Shown in pieces: positions 36,491 through 59,580 of a stretch of DNA of 64,000 nucleotides; position 1 is the first letter of the stretch, and the number at the start of each line of letters is the position of its first letter. A program made the translations under genes and the position numbers. The stretch lies in assembly GCF_009914755.1 (NCBI RefSeq), contig NC_060936.1. One strand, written 5' to 3'. Under the pieces are notes generated by a model. It was given only the letters and a program-made list of their open reading frames with translations. It was not told the origin of the DNA and made no database searches. Origin of the DNA: the human T2T-CHM13v2.0 reference genome, Homo sapiens.

Positions 36491-36527
36491 ATTGTATTTA
36501 AAATGTAGTTTTTAGAAGAATAACCAA

Positions 36528-38137
<1,610 letters not shown>

Positions 38138-38293
38138 GAATAACAGAAAAAATGTGAGAAAATATATTTAAAACCTTGGAGGGAGAAAGCTATCTTAACA
38201 AAACAGAGAGCCAAATGCATTCACGTATGACAGAAGGTACAAAAAGTCGAGAAGTAACTGAATTATTACATAAAATATTTGCAACTGGTGTAA

Positions 38294-38621
<328 letters not shown>

Positions 38622-38723
38622 TATTTTATTATTTATACATATTATATATATAACATTTTATCTGAATTATCTAAATTTAGCTGAATATTTTAGATATATG
38701 TTTATATAAAGAACCTATTGATC

Positions 38724-39029
<306 letters not shown>

Positions 39030-39361
39030 TCAATAAGAAACAACCCAGTAGAAAATCTACTATTCAATTAAAAATAACCCAGTTAAAAAATGGGTAAAGC
39101 ATATAAACAATTTGCAGATTTGTTTATATTTGTTTACATTGCAGATTTGACAAGATACAAATGTTCAAAACCACATATAAAATGTGAATAAAACAAATTA
39201 ATAAAATGAGATATAAATCAAGTTAATAAAATCAGTGAATGAAATATGAGATATCAGTTTTTGACCATGACTTTAAATCAGAAATTGAGAAGAGTCTGCA
39301 GTTTTACCCTACCTGCAAGCTAACAACTTTTAGCCTACCACAGTTTTTGGGTTTGGTTTTG

Positions 39362-39681
<320 letters not shown>

Positions 39682-40093
39682 TGACAGAAGATAAAACTCC
39701 TAGAAAAACAAGATGCTCTGATCAACAAATACATGTATAAAATCTGTTTGGTGCTTATGTTCCTAATTTTAAGTTAATTAATTGGCATTCTGGTATATGC
39801 AACAGTCTCTTACAAGTTTGGTTAGAATGAGTCAGTTGCCAAGATCAACTCTGAATACTAATTAACTGATAAAGTGAAATCCTTGCACCTGCAAGACCAA
39901 GAACTAAGAGGACTCAAGGTACTGTCAACCTATCTGGACAGCCTTTCCCAAAGACATCTACCTCTCTGACCCCTTGCATGCCTTCATCAAACCAAAACAT
40001 TTTCAGCTGTTTCTCTCTTGCGACTATTTCCAACCTCTGTCATCATCGTAGTTATTTCCATTTCTCAGTATCTCTGTTAAAAGGTATCATCCG

Positions 40094-40395
<302 letters not shown>

Positions 40396-40589
40396 TGTAT
40401 CATTCAAATTTGAACACAATACTGCAGATGCAATCAAAACAGCACAGAATATATGCACTGGATGCCATTTTTGTATAAATGTACCCTAAATCTGAATTTA
40501 GGGCCTTTTGCAAGCTGCTATACTTGTAGAATCCTATCAAGCTTGTATATAACTCCAACTTCCAAGTCTTTTTCACATAGGAAGGTAAC

Positions 40590-40790
40590 ACAGTAAAAGC
40601 AGATGAGAGCTTATACTGTGGATTCATACTTCCTGAGTTTGAATTCCTGCTCTGCCATGGGCTGACTGTGTAACCAAGGGCAAGTCGCTTAATCTCTCTA
40701 AGCCTTAGTTTGCTCATCTGTAAAATAGTAATGATGAGCATACCTGCCTCAAAGCGTTGTTGTAAAGATTAAGTAAATTGCCTTAATTAA
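40590..40790 (+). mobile_element. MIR
   Basis: cctgagtttgaattcctgctctgcca...gggcaagtcgcttaatctctctaagccttagtttgctcatctgtaaaatag. Confidence 0.82.
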
Positions 40791-40804
40791 AATACTCTGT
40801 ACAT

Positions 40805-41431
<627 letters not shown>

Positions 41432-41689
41432 TCATATCCCATGAATCCTAGTTGTATGGTTATATTTCATCATACTTAATCCTCCCAGGAATTCTATGGG
41501 GTATATATTACTGCATCCACTTTACAGATGAGAAATCTGAGGTTTGTAGAGTTTAAGTAGTTTGCCTGAGGTCAACTAACTGCTAAATGGCAGAGCCAGC
41601 CAAAGTTGTAACAAGACCTGCCTGACACCAAAGACCAAGTTCTTTCTCTTGTACCATTTAGGAACCCTCTTCCCCTTCCTGTGTTTCTA

Positions 41690-43104
<1,415 letters not shown>

Positions 43105-44151
43105 TTAAATGAGATAACATCTAACACAGTGCCTAACCATTTGCTAGGAAACAGTAGATTTTAGCTCTATTATTCCCTCTCCATTTCACCTTGCTGGTTT
43201 CAGCCAAGTGCTTAGACTGGTCAAAGTAATTCTGAATCCCAGAAAATCCATGCAACTCCTGATGATCAAAAAATATTCTCTTTTAAGTGCTCACATATCA
43301 TCTGCTTAGTAAACCATCCTAGAGTGTTTCTAGAAATTAACATTGAATTTACAAAGGTTTTTCCTACATCTAAGATAGAAGTCAGATTGTATCTAGAGTT
43401 CTTTCCCTCACTTTTATGAACTGTGACATGATCATATTGAAGAGGGAGAAATGAAGGACATTGTAACTCATTAAATGCATAAGACCCAGAAATAATAGAA
43501 AGTTGACTTCAGCTGTGATTCATCAGAGGTTCTTTGCATCAGTTCCTACCACTTTATCGCAATTCACTTCCCATATTGCTCAGCCCTATATATTTATCAC
43601 TGGCAACCCACATTTGAGGCCAATGATTACAAAATGTTCTTTTGTACATCAACCCAGCTGCCAGGAGCCCACCCCCACCCCCACACTCAGCAGAGCTGGT
43701 TCAGATAACTAAGCTTTTGATATTTCAAGGCTGAAGGAAAAGGAACTCAATCCCCACATAAGTCCTGTGAGATATTTATTACTGTTCCCATTTTACTGCT
43801 GAGGAAGATGGGGCTTCTCAAGGCTATTATTCATATTTTATCCAAAGTCACAGAGTTATTAGGAATGCAGATCGCTGTTGACCTAGATCTCCCACCATGC
43901 CACTACAGGTTGAAGGAGCCACAGGCTGCAAACAGCAATGTTTTCCCAAACTGCTTATCCAGCCATGAACCACCCACAGCATTTTTGCAATATCTCCCTA
44001 CCTCCTATGAAATTACTTACTTAATTTTTTTAATCAATGCACTTTTTGCTGCCTAAATAAATTTAGGGACTATTAGTCTAAACACTAGCAACTCAGAAAT
44101 CACAGGTTTTATAACACCATCATGTTTATTTTGTGTAATATATTTTTAAAT

Positions 44152-44483
44152 GGCCAGGCACAATAGCTCACGCCTGTAATCCCAGCAATTTGGGATACCA
44201 AGGCAGGAGGATCGCTTAAGGCAGGAGGATTGCTTGAGCCCAACAGTTTGAGACCAGTCTGGGCAACATAGAGAGACCCCGTCTCTACAAAAAAAAAAAA
44301 AAAAAAAATTGTTTTAATTAGCTGGGCATGGTGGTTCATGCCTGTAGTCCCAGCTACTTAAGAGACTGAGGTGGGAGGATTTCTTGAGCCTGGGAGGTTG
44401 AAACTACAGTGAGCCGTGATCTTGCCATTGCACTCCAGCCTGGGAGACAGAGTGAGACCATGTCTCAAAAATAAATAAATAAA
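44152..44483 (+). mobile_element. Alu (AluJ-like)
   Basis: Alu consensus with an 18-bp internal duplication. Confidence 0.92.
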
Positions 44484-44484
44484 T

Positions 44485-44880
44485 GCATTAGATTCCTAGG
44501 GCTACCATAACAAATCATTACAAACCAAGTGGCTTAAAACAACAGAAATGTATTCTCTTACAGTTCAGGGGGCCAGAAGTCCAAAATCAAGGTGTTGATT
44601 TTCTGGAGGTTCTCAGGGAAAAATTGTCTGATGCCTTTTTCCTGGCTTCTTGGTGTTCTCGGCTTATAGGCATCATTCCAATCTCTATCTCCATAGTCAC
44701 ATGACCTTTTTCTCCCTGTGTGTCTTTGTGTCCAAATATCCCTCTTATTTCTTTTATAAAGATACCAGAGATCAAGATCCTTATTTAATTACATCTGCAA
44801 AGGCCCTATTTCCAAATAAGGTCACATTCTGAGGTTCGGGTTAGACATAAATTTTGAGAGGGAGATTATTCAACCCAGTA
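44485..44880 (-). mobile_element. MaLR LTR (MLT1A/B-like)
   Basis: gtggcttaaaacaacagaaatg ... tccaaataaggtcacattctgagg. Confidence 0.85.
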
Positions 44881-45141
44881 TAAGTAAATGATGATTAAAT
44901 CATTTGAAAGCTTATCCATGTACCACCTAAAATCATCTTGCATCTTGCCAGTGGTTTGCAAACCACACTAGAGAGATGTTAGTGAACATGACATTTCAAG
45001 GTGCTTGAGTCCCTCTCCAGTTTTAAAAGCAGCAGATTTTACAGTTAAGATGGTTGCAGTTTCTTTACTGCATTTGAACCAATATATTTTTGGTAAATCA
45101 AGAAGTTGATCCCCTAGATAGGCTCAATTCTCTGATTTTGA

Positions 45142-45375
<234 letters not shown>

Positions 45376-46549
45376 TAGTTGATTGCATGACTCATTGTTT
45401 TCTGAGTTCAGTACATGTGCATGTACAGGTCTCTGTGGGGTTGTATTTGGGGATTTATTAAGTTTTCTCTCCATAGAGACAACCAAGGATGGTAAGGTGA
45501 ATTTGCAATTTAAAGAAGCCATTAGGTAACACTGGACATTGTAAAACTCCATCTTGTGCAGCAAGGCAGGATGCCTAGGAACACTGTAAACAGGAACTCA
45601 GAGTATATTTATAGGAACCCAAAGCCCAAATGTTCAGTCCATGGAAAAAGGGTGAAGAGGAGGATTTGATTTTCAGCAGTCTTTATGAGACCTAGACCTC
45701 TGTGTGAATCACAGGTTGAGTAAACTTGGGCTTTTCCATTTGAGATAATATTCAGAAAACCTTACTCTTCTAAATGCACAGATTTCAGCTCTTTCTAAAA
45801 ATCATGCACTGCATAATGGAAATTAAAGAACTCAGAAGACATTTTTATTGATCATTCTTATTTTTAATTTAGATGCTTTTTTTCTTCCCAAATATTAAAC
45901 ATTATCATTTATCAAGAACATAAGAAGGGAAACTGTCTTAAAAGGAAAACTATCAGATGGTGGAGATCAATCATTGTATAGGCTCCATGCAAAATAATAT
46001 AAAAGATGCACAAGAGCAGATGCCGTGCTTGGAAACGACATCTCAATAAGCACATTTCCATAAACACATATGGTGTAGACTCTTTCACATACACACCACC
46101 TCAGTGTTTACTCTGAATTAAATAATTCAAGATGGTATAACCAGCTCACAGAAATATGATAAAACACTTTAAATAAACTGAGTTGTTGTCATGACAAATA
46201 GCCTACACAAAAGAAATAACAACAGTCACACTGATGAGAGGAGACGGGGTAAGTCCTAAAACTGGAAGGTCTCGTATTTGTTGGCAAAAACCAAAGTACA
46301 AGATGTTACTAACCTGTACCTTGTTTCCCCCACACAAACATATCTTAAAGAGGCAGCCCAAACTTTCATGTGTGAATGATTATTGGCCTTCAAATAGTAT
46401 TCGTTACTTTATGACTCAATATCACCCAACACCATGGCCAATATAGAGAGCTTTGTAAAATTTCTCTTGCAGAACTTCCTCAGACTGACTACCCACCTTC
46501 ATGTGACAATGTGTTCCTTTCCTTTTTAATCACTCCTAGGTTTTCATGA

Positions 46550-48197
<1,648 letters not shown>

Positions 48198-48360
48198 TTC
48201 AAAGTGAGAGTCAGAGTACTAAAAACTGTATAGAATGACTGAGAGAAAGAAATCTATTTAACTTGCTTTAACGTATCCTTTCTAATACTGACTGACTGCA
48301 AAGCCCTTCTTCATATAAAAACTTTTAACATCCCAATTCTACAGAATGAGTTTTGGGGAA

Positions 48361-48877
48361 TGTGGTAGCCAGCCTCCAAGATGACCCCCAGTGATTCTCA
48401 CAGCCTAGGATTCATATCCTTGTGTGACCCCTCCCGCATTTAAGAGGGCTGACCTGTGTAATGAAAAGAATATTGCAGAAATGAGACAGTGTGATTTTTA
48501 AGGCTAGGCCATTAAAGATGTTGTGGCTTTCACCTTGCACTCTCTTGGCTTGTTCACCCTGAGAGAAGGCAGCCACCGTGTCATGAGGACACTCAAGCTG
48601 CCTGTGGAAAGACCCACATAGGGAGGAACTGAGTGAGCTCACTCTTGTGTGCCATCTTAGAACTGCATCCACCAGCCCTGGTCAAGCCTTCAGATGACTG
48701 CAGACCCAGTCAACACCTTGACTGCAATCTCATGAAAGACCCTGAGACAGACCCACCCAGCTAAGTCAGTCCTAAATTTCAAACCACAGAGACTATGTGA
48801 AATCACAAATATTTATTGTTGTTTTAAGCCACTAAGTTTGGAGGTAATTAATTATGCAGCAACAGATAACTAGTACA
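48361..48877 (+). mobile_element. MaLR LTR (MLT1F/G-like)
   Basis: tgtggtagccagcctccaagatgaccccca ... ttttaagccactaagtttggagg...gataactagtaca. Confidence 0.85.
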
Positions 48878-49015
48878 GGACTATTAACCTAAAGTACTTG
48901 ATGTCAATCATTTTGGTTTGTCATTAAATCATCATACAGCTTTAGTATGGCATATGGTTTTACACTATTCTACTTCTCTAGGTACACTTCATTGATGTAG
49001 GGATGGACTCATATA

Positions 49016-49322
<307 letters not shown>

Positions 49323-49670
49323 TGGATGGACTCCTATCTAAAGCCAATCAATCTTTGTCATTCCCTAGGATTTTTGTAACTGAAGCTGAACAAAGATTTA
49401 TTTATTCTCTGTTGGTGAGGCCAGGAGATGGTGAGACTCAGGAACTGCTAGTGGCCACATTTCTTGCTATGTAAAGAAAGCTTTTCTAAGAGAAAGAAGT
49501 TAACAACACAGAGAGAGAAACAGAATTGAGAGACTGAGAAAAGAAGACCTAGCAGCACTCAAATCACCTGTTCCAATGACCTTGATACCACCTGCCACTC
49601 ATCCTTCTCAGTGTGAGCCTTCCAGTAAGTCCCCTTCTTTTTGCCTAAGTTGGTTTAAGTTGGGGTTCTA

Positions 49671-49875
49671 GAGGGTGGGGGTGGGAGGAGGGAGAGCATC
49701 AGGAAGAATAGCTAATGGATGCTGGGGCTTAATACCTAGGTGATGTGCTGATCTGTGCAGCAAACTACCGTGGCAGACATTTACCTATGTAACAAGCGTG
49801 CACATCCTGCACATGTACCCCTGAACTTAAAAGTTGGAAGAAAAACAAAACTTGCAACAACCCCTAAAAAATAAT
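49671..49875 (+). mobile_element. Short L1PA 3'UTR fragment
   Basis: gagagcatcaggaagaatagctaatggatgctgg...cacatcctgcacatgtacccctgaacttaaaa; TSD-like aagttggggttcta / aagctgggtttcta. Confidence 0.85.
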
Positions 49876-50851
49876 AAGCTGGGTTTCTAAACCTTTCCTC
49901 CAAATGGGTCTTGACTGATGTATTCTCACACAACTCTATGCTTCCCCTAGCACAGCACTGATGACTGAGCTGTAATTGCTGGGTGCTTGTCTACCTGTCT
50001 ACCTCTCTGTCCAGAAGACAGTGGCTTTCAGGTTCATGCATTCTGCCCATCGCTGGGGCACTCAACTGAGAGGGAAGGAAGTGGGGATGCACTCAATACA
50101 CACAGGTAGGATTGCGACAACCATGTGTGTACTTCATAACCCTGAGCCCTGAACCACAGATGATTTACTCGAGCTGGGCCACAGTCTCCCTGTAGCAATT
50201 TGGGACTGAGTCATACAAAGATTGGACACTGAAACTCCTTCACACAAATAATAGCACTCTTCAGAGGATGTTATTAGCCTCTGGCTAGTAAGGGGCCCCA
50301 AGCTGTCTTCTGCGAATTCTCTAAGAACCTCTAATATTCCTCCAACAAGCTTGCAAGGTCATTTCTGCTTCCTAAAGCCAAAAGAAACTGAACTAATACA
50401 CACCCCAAAATATTGTAGTTTCTGTGTGAGCAGGAACAACGTGTTCCTCATTATAGCTCCAAGGCCAGCACGGTCCCTAATCAGAACTCACTGAACACCT
50501 GATGAATGCCTGCAGCTCACTGCACTGAGTGGGAGATGCTCCTCCCACTTAGATAGGGATTTTTTTTTTTTTTAACTCTCTTGCCTTCAAGGTCCTGCGC
50601 ACATCTGCCCTGGCCTTGGTCTCCCTGTGTTGTCAGCTACAGTGGCCAGTGTGTCCTCTGTAGGGTACATCACATCCCTGCTCAAGAATGCATGTTAGAG
50701 ACTAGAAGTACCAGGCCTCTCATCACCTAAGAAACTTTACCCTTGACTACCTGCCCAGGGTCATCAGGCCTATCATACTGGTTTCCCTATACATCTTGTG
50801 TGTGCTGAACTAGGGCCGTAATGATAAGTCCATTTCCATTTCCAGTGTTGG

Positions 50852-51155
<304 letters not shown>

Positions 51156-51816
51156 CAAGTGTTGGTTTTAAACTGGCCATGTTTCTGGGATTTTCCGACT
51201 GGCAGAGGCCACTACCTACTACTGAACTATATAGAACTTAGGAGTTTCTTGGGTTTTTCCAGTTTATAAGATGCAGGCAAAACTTGAAGGGAGGCAGGGG
51301 TTGCGGAGGGGAAGATGACCAACATCACAGGAAACATAAAAACATCATTATGATCATTATGTTTTCCTGAAACCCCAGAGAGGAGGTGAAGGGTAGGATG
51401 CAAGCATCCTTCCAGTCAGCTCTCTCCCAGAGCCCTGCATTTGATCCCATTTGGGGCATGTTCCTCTTCCCTCCCATCACAGCCTTTGCTAAGGCTGACC
51501 CGTGAAAGGCTGTACCTAGGCAGGGTGCTCTTGAGGAGAGTAATTCCGCATCAGGCTGGGAGTCAGTGACCAGGCAAGGCTGTGTGACCCAGGCAGGCCC
51601 CAGGCCCATCCCCTTCCCCAGTGCTCTCCAACCCACCTCTCCATTCTCTGCTGAGACTCTGACCTACCAAGTATCTAAGATTTATCTCCAACCTCTTCTT
51701 TTCTCCTAACTCTTTCATTTAATCTATAAACACACTCATGCTTCCCCTCATCCTTTGAGAGACAGAGAGGGAGAGAGAGAGAAAGAGAGGAGGGGAGAGG
51801 GGAAAAGAATATACTA

Positions 51817-52125
51817 GCCAGGCGCAGTGGCTTACGCCTATAATCCCAGCACTTTAGGAGGCCAAGGTGGGCAGATTGCTTAAGCCCATGAGTTCAAGAC
51901 CAGCCTGGGCAACACGACAAAGCCCTGTCTCTACCAAAAATGTAAAAAAAAAATGAGCCTGGCATGGTGGTACGCACTAGTGGTCCCAGCTACTCAGGAG
52001 ACTGAAGTGAGAGGATAGCTTGAGCCTCAAAGGTGAGATTATGGTGAGCCAAGATGGCACCACTGCATTCCTCAGCCTGGGTGACAGAGCGAGACCTGTG
52101 TCAAAAAAAAAAAAGAAAGCAAAAA
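51817..52125 (+). mobile_element. Alu (AluJ-like)
   Basis: Alu consensus. Confidence 0.92.
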
Positions 52126-52127
52126 GA

Positions 52128-52890
<763 letters not shown>

Positions 52891-53306
52891 TTCCATTTTG
52901 TTATTTTCTTTCTGCTCATCTGAATTTCCTAATTTTTCTACATTGAACATGGATTATTCGGATAACAAAAGCTTAAAAATTCCAAGCTCTTCCTTGATTC
53001 TGCATCCCCTTGCTCCTTCCCTGGATGGTCCAGCTTCCCTCGCAGGCTGAGTGTAGTCAATGTCTTACTTGCTCTCCTCCCAAACAGGCCTCTGCTCGGT
53101 GCAGTCTGGCTTCTACCCCCACGACCCCAAGAACCTGCTCCACCAAACATTGCCACTGGCCTCCATACTACTAAATCTCCCAATGTGTAACCCTTCTTAC
53201 TGACCATCTCTACCACGTTTGTCAAATTCTCTTGCCTCCTTAAAAAGCTCTCCTCCTAATGATGCACACCATGGAGTATTCACAGCAATTAAAAACTGTG
53301 AGTTGG

Positions 53307-53600
53307 GGCTAGGCGCGGTGGCTCACACCTGTAATCCCAGCATTTTGGGAGGCCGAGGTGGGTGGATTTCTTGAGCCAGGACTTCAAGACCAGCCTGAGC
53401 AACATGGTGAAACACATCTCTACAGAAAAATTAAAAAATTAGCCAGGCATGGTGGTAAGTGCCTATAATCCCAGCTACCCGAGAGGCTGAGGTAGGAGAA
53501 TCGCTTGAGCCAGGGAAGTGGAGGCTTCAGGTGGATACTCCAGCCTGGGCAACAGATTGAGACCCTGTCTCAAAAAAAAAAAAAAAAACAAAAAAAAAAG
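53307..53600 (+). mobile_element. Alu
   Basis: Alu consensus with a right-arm deletion. Confidence 0.9.
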
Positions 53601-54314
53601 GAAAGAAAAAAAATAGAAGGAAAGAAAAAGAAACCTCAATGAAATTTTCCAACAGGGACCTACACTATAAATACAGACACTAGGCAATTGTCTTATTCCA
53701 CTTTAGGTTCCCAATAAGGCTACACACTTAAGAACTGCAGGAATATTTAAAATAATTGAATTATTTCAATCTCAAACCATTTCATTTTATAGTATCAAAG
53801 CCATAGAACTCTATGTAAAATCAGTAGATTTATTCAGAACACTTTATTATTTCAACAAGAAAAACTGAAAGATTGTGTTTTTACATTTCCAGGAATTTGA
53901 AGTGGGAAAAATCTTAAACTTTAAGGACATTGTTTTAATATGATTTCTTGCAATTGATATTTATAATAATAAATTTTTTTCACCTTCCTCATTATTAAAA
54001 CTTTAGAAACAATGAACATAAACCTTTAGAAATCAAAATGTTATTAAGGTTTTGTTTACACGAGCAGGTCTTGAGTTTCTAGAAAAAAAAAACAGAAAAC
54101 AAAAAAAAAACCTGAATGAACAAATCAACAGGTCTATTCAAGAAAAACACATCACCTTTTTTTCTATCTAAAAAGTTCATTCCTAGATTATCTCCGTGGC
54201 TTAAATCCTGATATTATACAGATTTCAGCAGCTTGTAAGTTTCCTCTGATCCTCCCTTTATATAAGCTTTCCTATGATTTCCCATCAAGTTTTTCAATTT
54301 GTTTTAAAACCACA

Positions 54315-54315
<1 letters not shown>

Positions 54316-54364
<49 letters not shown>
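54316..54364. repeat. (CA)n microsatellite
   Basis: Direct observation. Confidence 0.97.
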
Positions 54365-54366
<2 letters not shown>

Positions 54367-54424
54367 TGCACATCCTCCTCTCCCAGGGCTCTCCTAATAA
54401 TCTGATTTTCTGATTTATTTTTCT

Positions 54425-54647
54425 TGTTCTTTTTTTTTTTTTTTTTTTTGAGCCAGAGTCTGGCTCTGTCACCCAGGCTGAAGTGCAGTGGTGCACTCTT
54501 GGCTGACTGCAGCCTCTGCCTCCCAGGCTCAAGTGATCCTCACACGTCAGCCTCCCAAGTCGCTGGGACTCCAGGCACATGCCACCAAGCCCAGCTAATA
54601 TTTGTAGTTTTTGTAGAGACGGGGTTTAACCACATTGCCCAGGCTGA
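54425..54647 (-). mobile_element. 5'-truncated Alu
   Basis: TSD-like tctgatttatttt. Confidence 0.9.
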
Positions 54648-55448
54648 AATCTGATTTATTTTCAAGGAGATTGGCACCTCTCAGGGAATCTTCATTTTCT
54701 CTCTGTGCTTCATTGTCCAGGAATGCCAAGCATTCTCTCTCGTAGATTACACTAGACAGGCCTGTCTTCCTGGCAGCAACAGCACGCTCCAGGCTGAAGC
54801 AACTGCAGAAACTGCGAAGAAAAACAGCACCCCCATCTCCCCTCCCTCAGGGACTATATGAGACTTAACTAAATTTGTAATCTGACTAGGATCCAAATTT
54901 TTACCCTAGAGCAAACCAACAGCTCCAGGCCAAGAGCCTAAGATTCTTCTGTCCTAGGAATGACCCACTAAGTGAGTTAAAACCTACCAATCTAAGCTAA
55001 CCTAAACTAGGAGCTGGCCCTAAACAGCATTTACTCTTCCTCCAATGACTTCATCTCTTCTGATAAAATTAATCAGAGGTTCAACTGAGTTATAACTCTA
55101 CTCTTTTAAATATGCTTCTTAAATTTCCCATTGGCAATAATACACTAATGATTAATTGAATGCTATTGTATTATAGCAATTAGATTTATATCCTGGGATT
55201 ATTTGATATTAAAAAATATTGATCAATCCTGATTATGTGGATTGAAAAATTAATCCTATAAGTAAACAGCATATAAATAGTATATAACATAATATATACA
55301 TATATATAAATAATATATGTCCTTATAGTATAAAAGTTAGAAATACAGACAAAAAGAAATGGGGGACAGTCCCATATTTTCTTATAATCCAGAATGTACA
55401 TTTGTAGCATTCCTAGGCATATGTAGCAAGCTGATATATAAAATGTTA

Positions 55449-56275
<827 letters not shown>

Positions 56276-56361
56276 AAGAAAGAGAAAGAGAGAAAGGAAA
56301 GAAAGGAAAATAAATCACAAATTGAGTTTTAGAAAATAATTAAGTTACATTTCTAGCACAC

Positions 56362-56730
56362 TGATATGGTTTGGCTCTGTGTTCCCACCCAAATCTCATG
56401 TCAAATTGTAATCCCCACATGTCAGGGGAGGGACCTGGTGGGAGGTGATTGGATCATGGGATTGGTTTCCCCCGTGCTGTTCTCATGATAGTGAGTGAGT
56501 TCTCACGAGATCTGATGGTTTTAAAAGTGTTTGGCAGTTTCCCACTTGCTCTCTCTCTCTCCTGCTGCTATGTAAGACGTGCCTTACTTCCCCTTTGCCT
56601 TCCACCATGAATGTAAGTTTCCTGAGGCCTCCCTAGCCATGCAGAACTGTGAGTCAACTAAACCTCTTTCCTTTTTAAATTACCCAGGCTCAGGTAGTTC
56701 TTTATAGCAGTGTGAAAATGGACTAACACA
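56362..56730 (+). mobile_element. MaLR LTR (MSTA/THE1D-like)
   Basis: tgatatggtttggctctgtgttcccacccaaatctc ... gcagtgtgaaaatggactaacaca. Confidence 0.92.
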
Positions 56731-57124
56731 CCCATTTTTTGTCCTTGACACATCATACCCACTACCCACGTGCACACACACAAGCATGCACACACATACA
56801 CATATGACTTTGCATATTTGTAAGCAAAAATGGAATCATACCATACGTGCTGTTCTATAACCTGCCTTTCTCATGTAATAACATACCAAGCTTTCAATGC
56901 CAGGCTGAAATAGGCTCAATCACCCTCACCCCATCAGGTTATGGGAGATTGCATTTTCCAAAGAAGCCTCAACAATATCTTCTATCCCATACATTCTTCG
57001 GCAATGTGACCTTGTCACTCTCCTCTCAAGAAGTGGAGTCTAATTCACCTACCCTCAAATTTGGTTTGGTTTTAGTGACTCCCTTATACCAATAGATGGT
57101 GATAAAAGTGACTACATTGTGATT

Positions 57125-57960
57125 TCTTTTTCTTTTTTTCTTAGAGACAGGGTCTCACTCTGTTGCCCAGGCTGGAGTGCAACGGTGCAATCATAGCTCA
57201 CTGCAGACTCGAACTCCTGAGCTCAAGAGATCCTCCTGTTTCGGCATCCCAAAGTGCTAGGATTACAGGCATGAGACACTGCATGCAGCCAAGAACATAT
57301 GTTGACCTAAAACTGGCATTCTGTGATTGTAATGGAAAACAGATAAAGCAGGAGGAAGATGTAGGAAGATGGTGAGTATGAGAGAGGCATTTATAAATTA
57401 TCAGAATATTAGTACTAATCCTTCTTGGCTTTTTTAAACCAGAAAAGGGAGCTCTGAATTTAATTCCCAAACTGTAATTTCTGGGACAAAAACTACCTAA
57501 TGTACTATAATGGTTACATTTTATATCATCAGCTTTGATTGTCCTACATAAACACCAGTAACAATACCAATAAGAAGATCAATAATAATAGTAATATAAG
57601 TTTGTAATCAGTGACTTATTCACCATACGCCAAGCACTAGGTTAAGTGCTTTATGCTTTATCTCATTTAATTTTTTTTTTTTTACACGGGGTCTCTATCA
57701 CCCAGGCTAGAGTGCGGTGGCACAACCATTCCTCACTGAAGCTTCGAACTCATGGCCTCAAGTGATCCTCCTGCCTCAGCCTCCCAAGTAACTGGGACTA
57801 CAGGTGCATGCCACCACACCCAGCTAATTTTTTTATTTTTTGTAGATACATGGTCACACCATGTTGCTCAGACTGGTCTTAAACTCCTGGACTCAACGGA
57901 TCCACCTGCCTTGATCTCCCAAAGTGCTGAGATTACAGATGTGAGCCACCGTGCCTGGCC
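57125..57960 (-). mobile_element. Alu monomer (57125-57290) and AluJ-like element (57670-57960) inside a MIR
   Basis: Alu consensus; TSD-like tatctcatttaat. Confidence 0.85.
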
Positions 57961-58172
57961 TATCTCATTTAATCTTAACAGCACCCCTGTGATGTAGCCA
58001 CTATTATCATACATATTTTACAAATGATGAAACAGGCTTACGAAGGTAGAGAAGTTACCCAGAATGACTCAGGTGGGAAGCTATGGGGCTGGACTTGAAC
58101 TAAGGTATACCTGACTCCATGCTCTTAAGCCTGTTTGTTACTCAATTTGACATGTGTTCTATTCACAGATGC

Positions 58173-58836
58173 TGTATTAGTCTGTTCCATTCTCACATTG
58201 CTATAAAGAACTACCTGATCACCCACTACCCACACGCACTTTGGGAGGCCAAGGTGGGAGGATCGCTTGAGCCCAGGAGTTCAAGACCAGCCTGGGCAAC
58301 ATAGCGCAACCCCATCTCTACAAAAAATACAAAAATTAGCAGGGCATGATGATGCATGCCTGTAGTCCCAATTACTCAGGAGGCTGAGGCAAGATGATCG
58401 CGTGAGCCCTGGAGGTAGAGGCTGTAGTGTGCCAAGATCTCATCACTGCACTCCAGCCTGGGCGACAGAGTGAGACCCTATCTCAAAAAAAAAAAAGAAC
58501 TGAGACTGGGTAATTTATGAAGAAAGAGGTTTAATTGACTCATAGTTCCACAGGCTGTATGGAAGCATGACTAGACCTCAGGAAACTTACAATCACGGCA
58601 GGTGAAGGGGAAGGAAGCACATCTTACTATGGCAGAGGAGAGAGAGAGAGAAAAGGGGGAAGTGCTACACACTTTTAAACCATCAAATCTTGTGAGAACT
58701 CACCCACTATGATGAGAATAGCAAGGGGGGAAACTGCCCCCATGATCCAATCAGCTCCCAACAGGTCCCTCCCCCAACATTGGGAATTACAATTCAAGAT
58801 GAGATTTGGGTGAGGGCATAGAGCCAAATCATATCA
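58173..58836 (-). mobile_element. MaLR LTR (MSTA-like) interrupted by Alu 58236-58497
   Basis: tgtattagtctgtt...ctataaagaactacctga ... gagatttgggtg...gccaaatcatatca. Confidence 0.9.
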
Positions 58837-58951
58837 GCATCTTTTGCTCAGAATTCCCATGTCTGGGGAATTCTCCACATTATAAGTCTCACCATCAAAG
58901 GTGGAAATCAGAAACTGGACTTCTCAGCCCTTCTTGCAGCTGGCATGCTGA

Positions 58952-59580
<629 letters not shown>

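Noticed and set aside
35958-36515. Plus-strand 185-aa and 150-aa ORFs
   Set aside because: Antisense shadows of the GC-rich SLC9A7-derived sequence
51325-51636. 103-aa non-repeat ORF with a possible splice donor near 51515
   Set aside because: No recognisable domain, non-ATG start and no supporting exon structure
56362-58836. Two MSTA-like LTRs as the ends of one provirus
   Set aside because: Opposite orientations and no MaLR internal sequence between them
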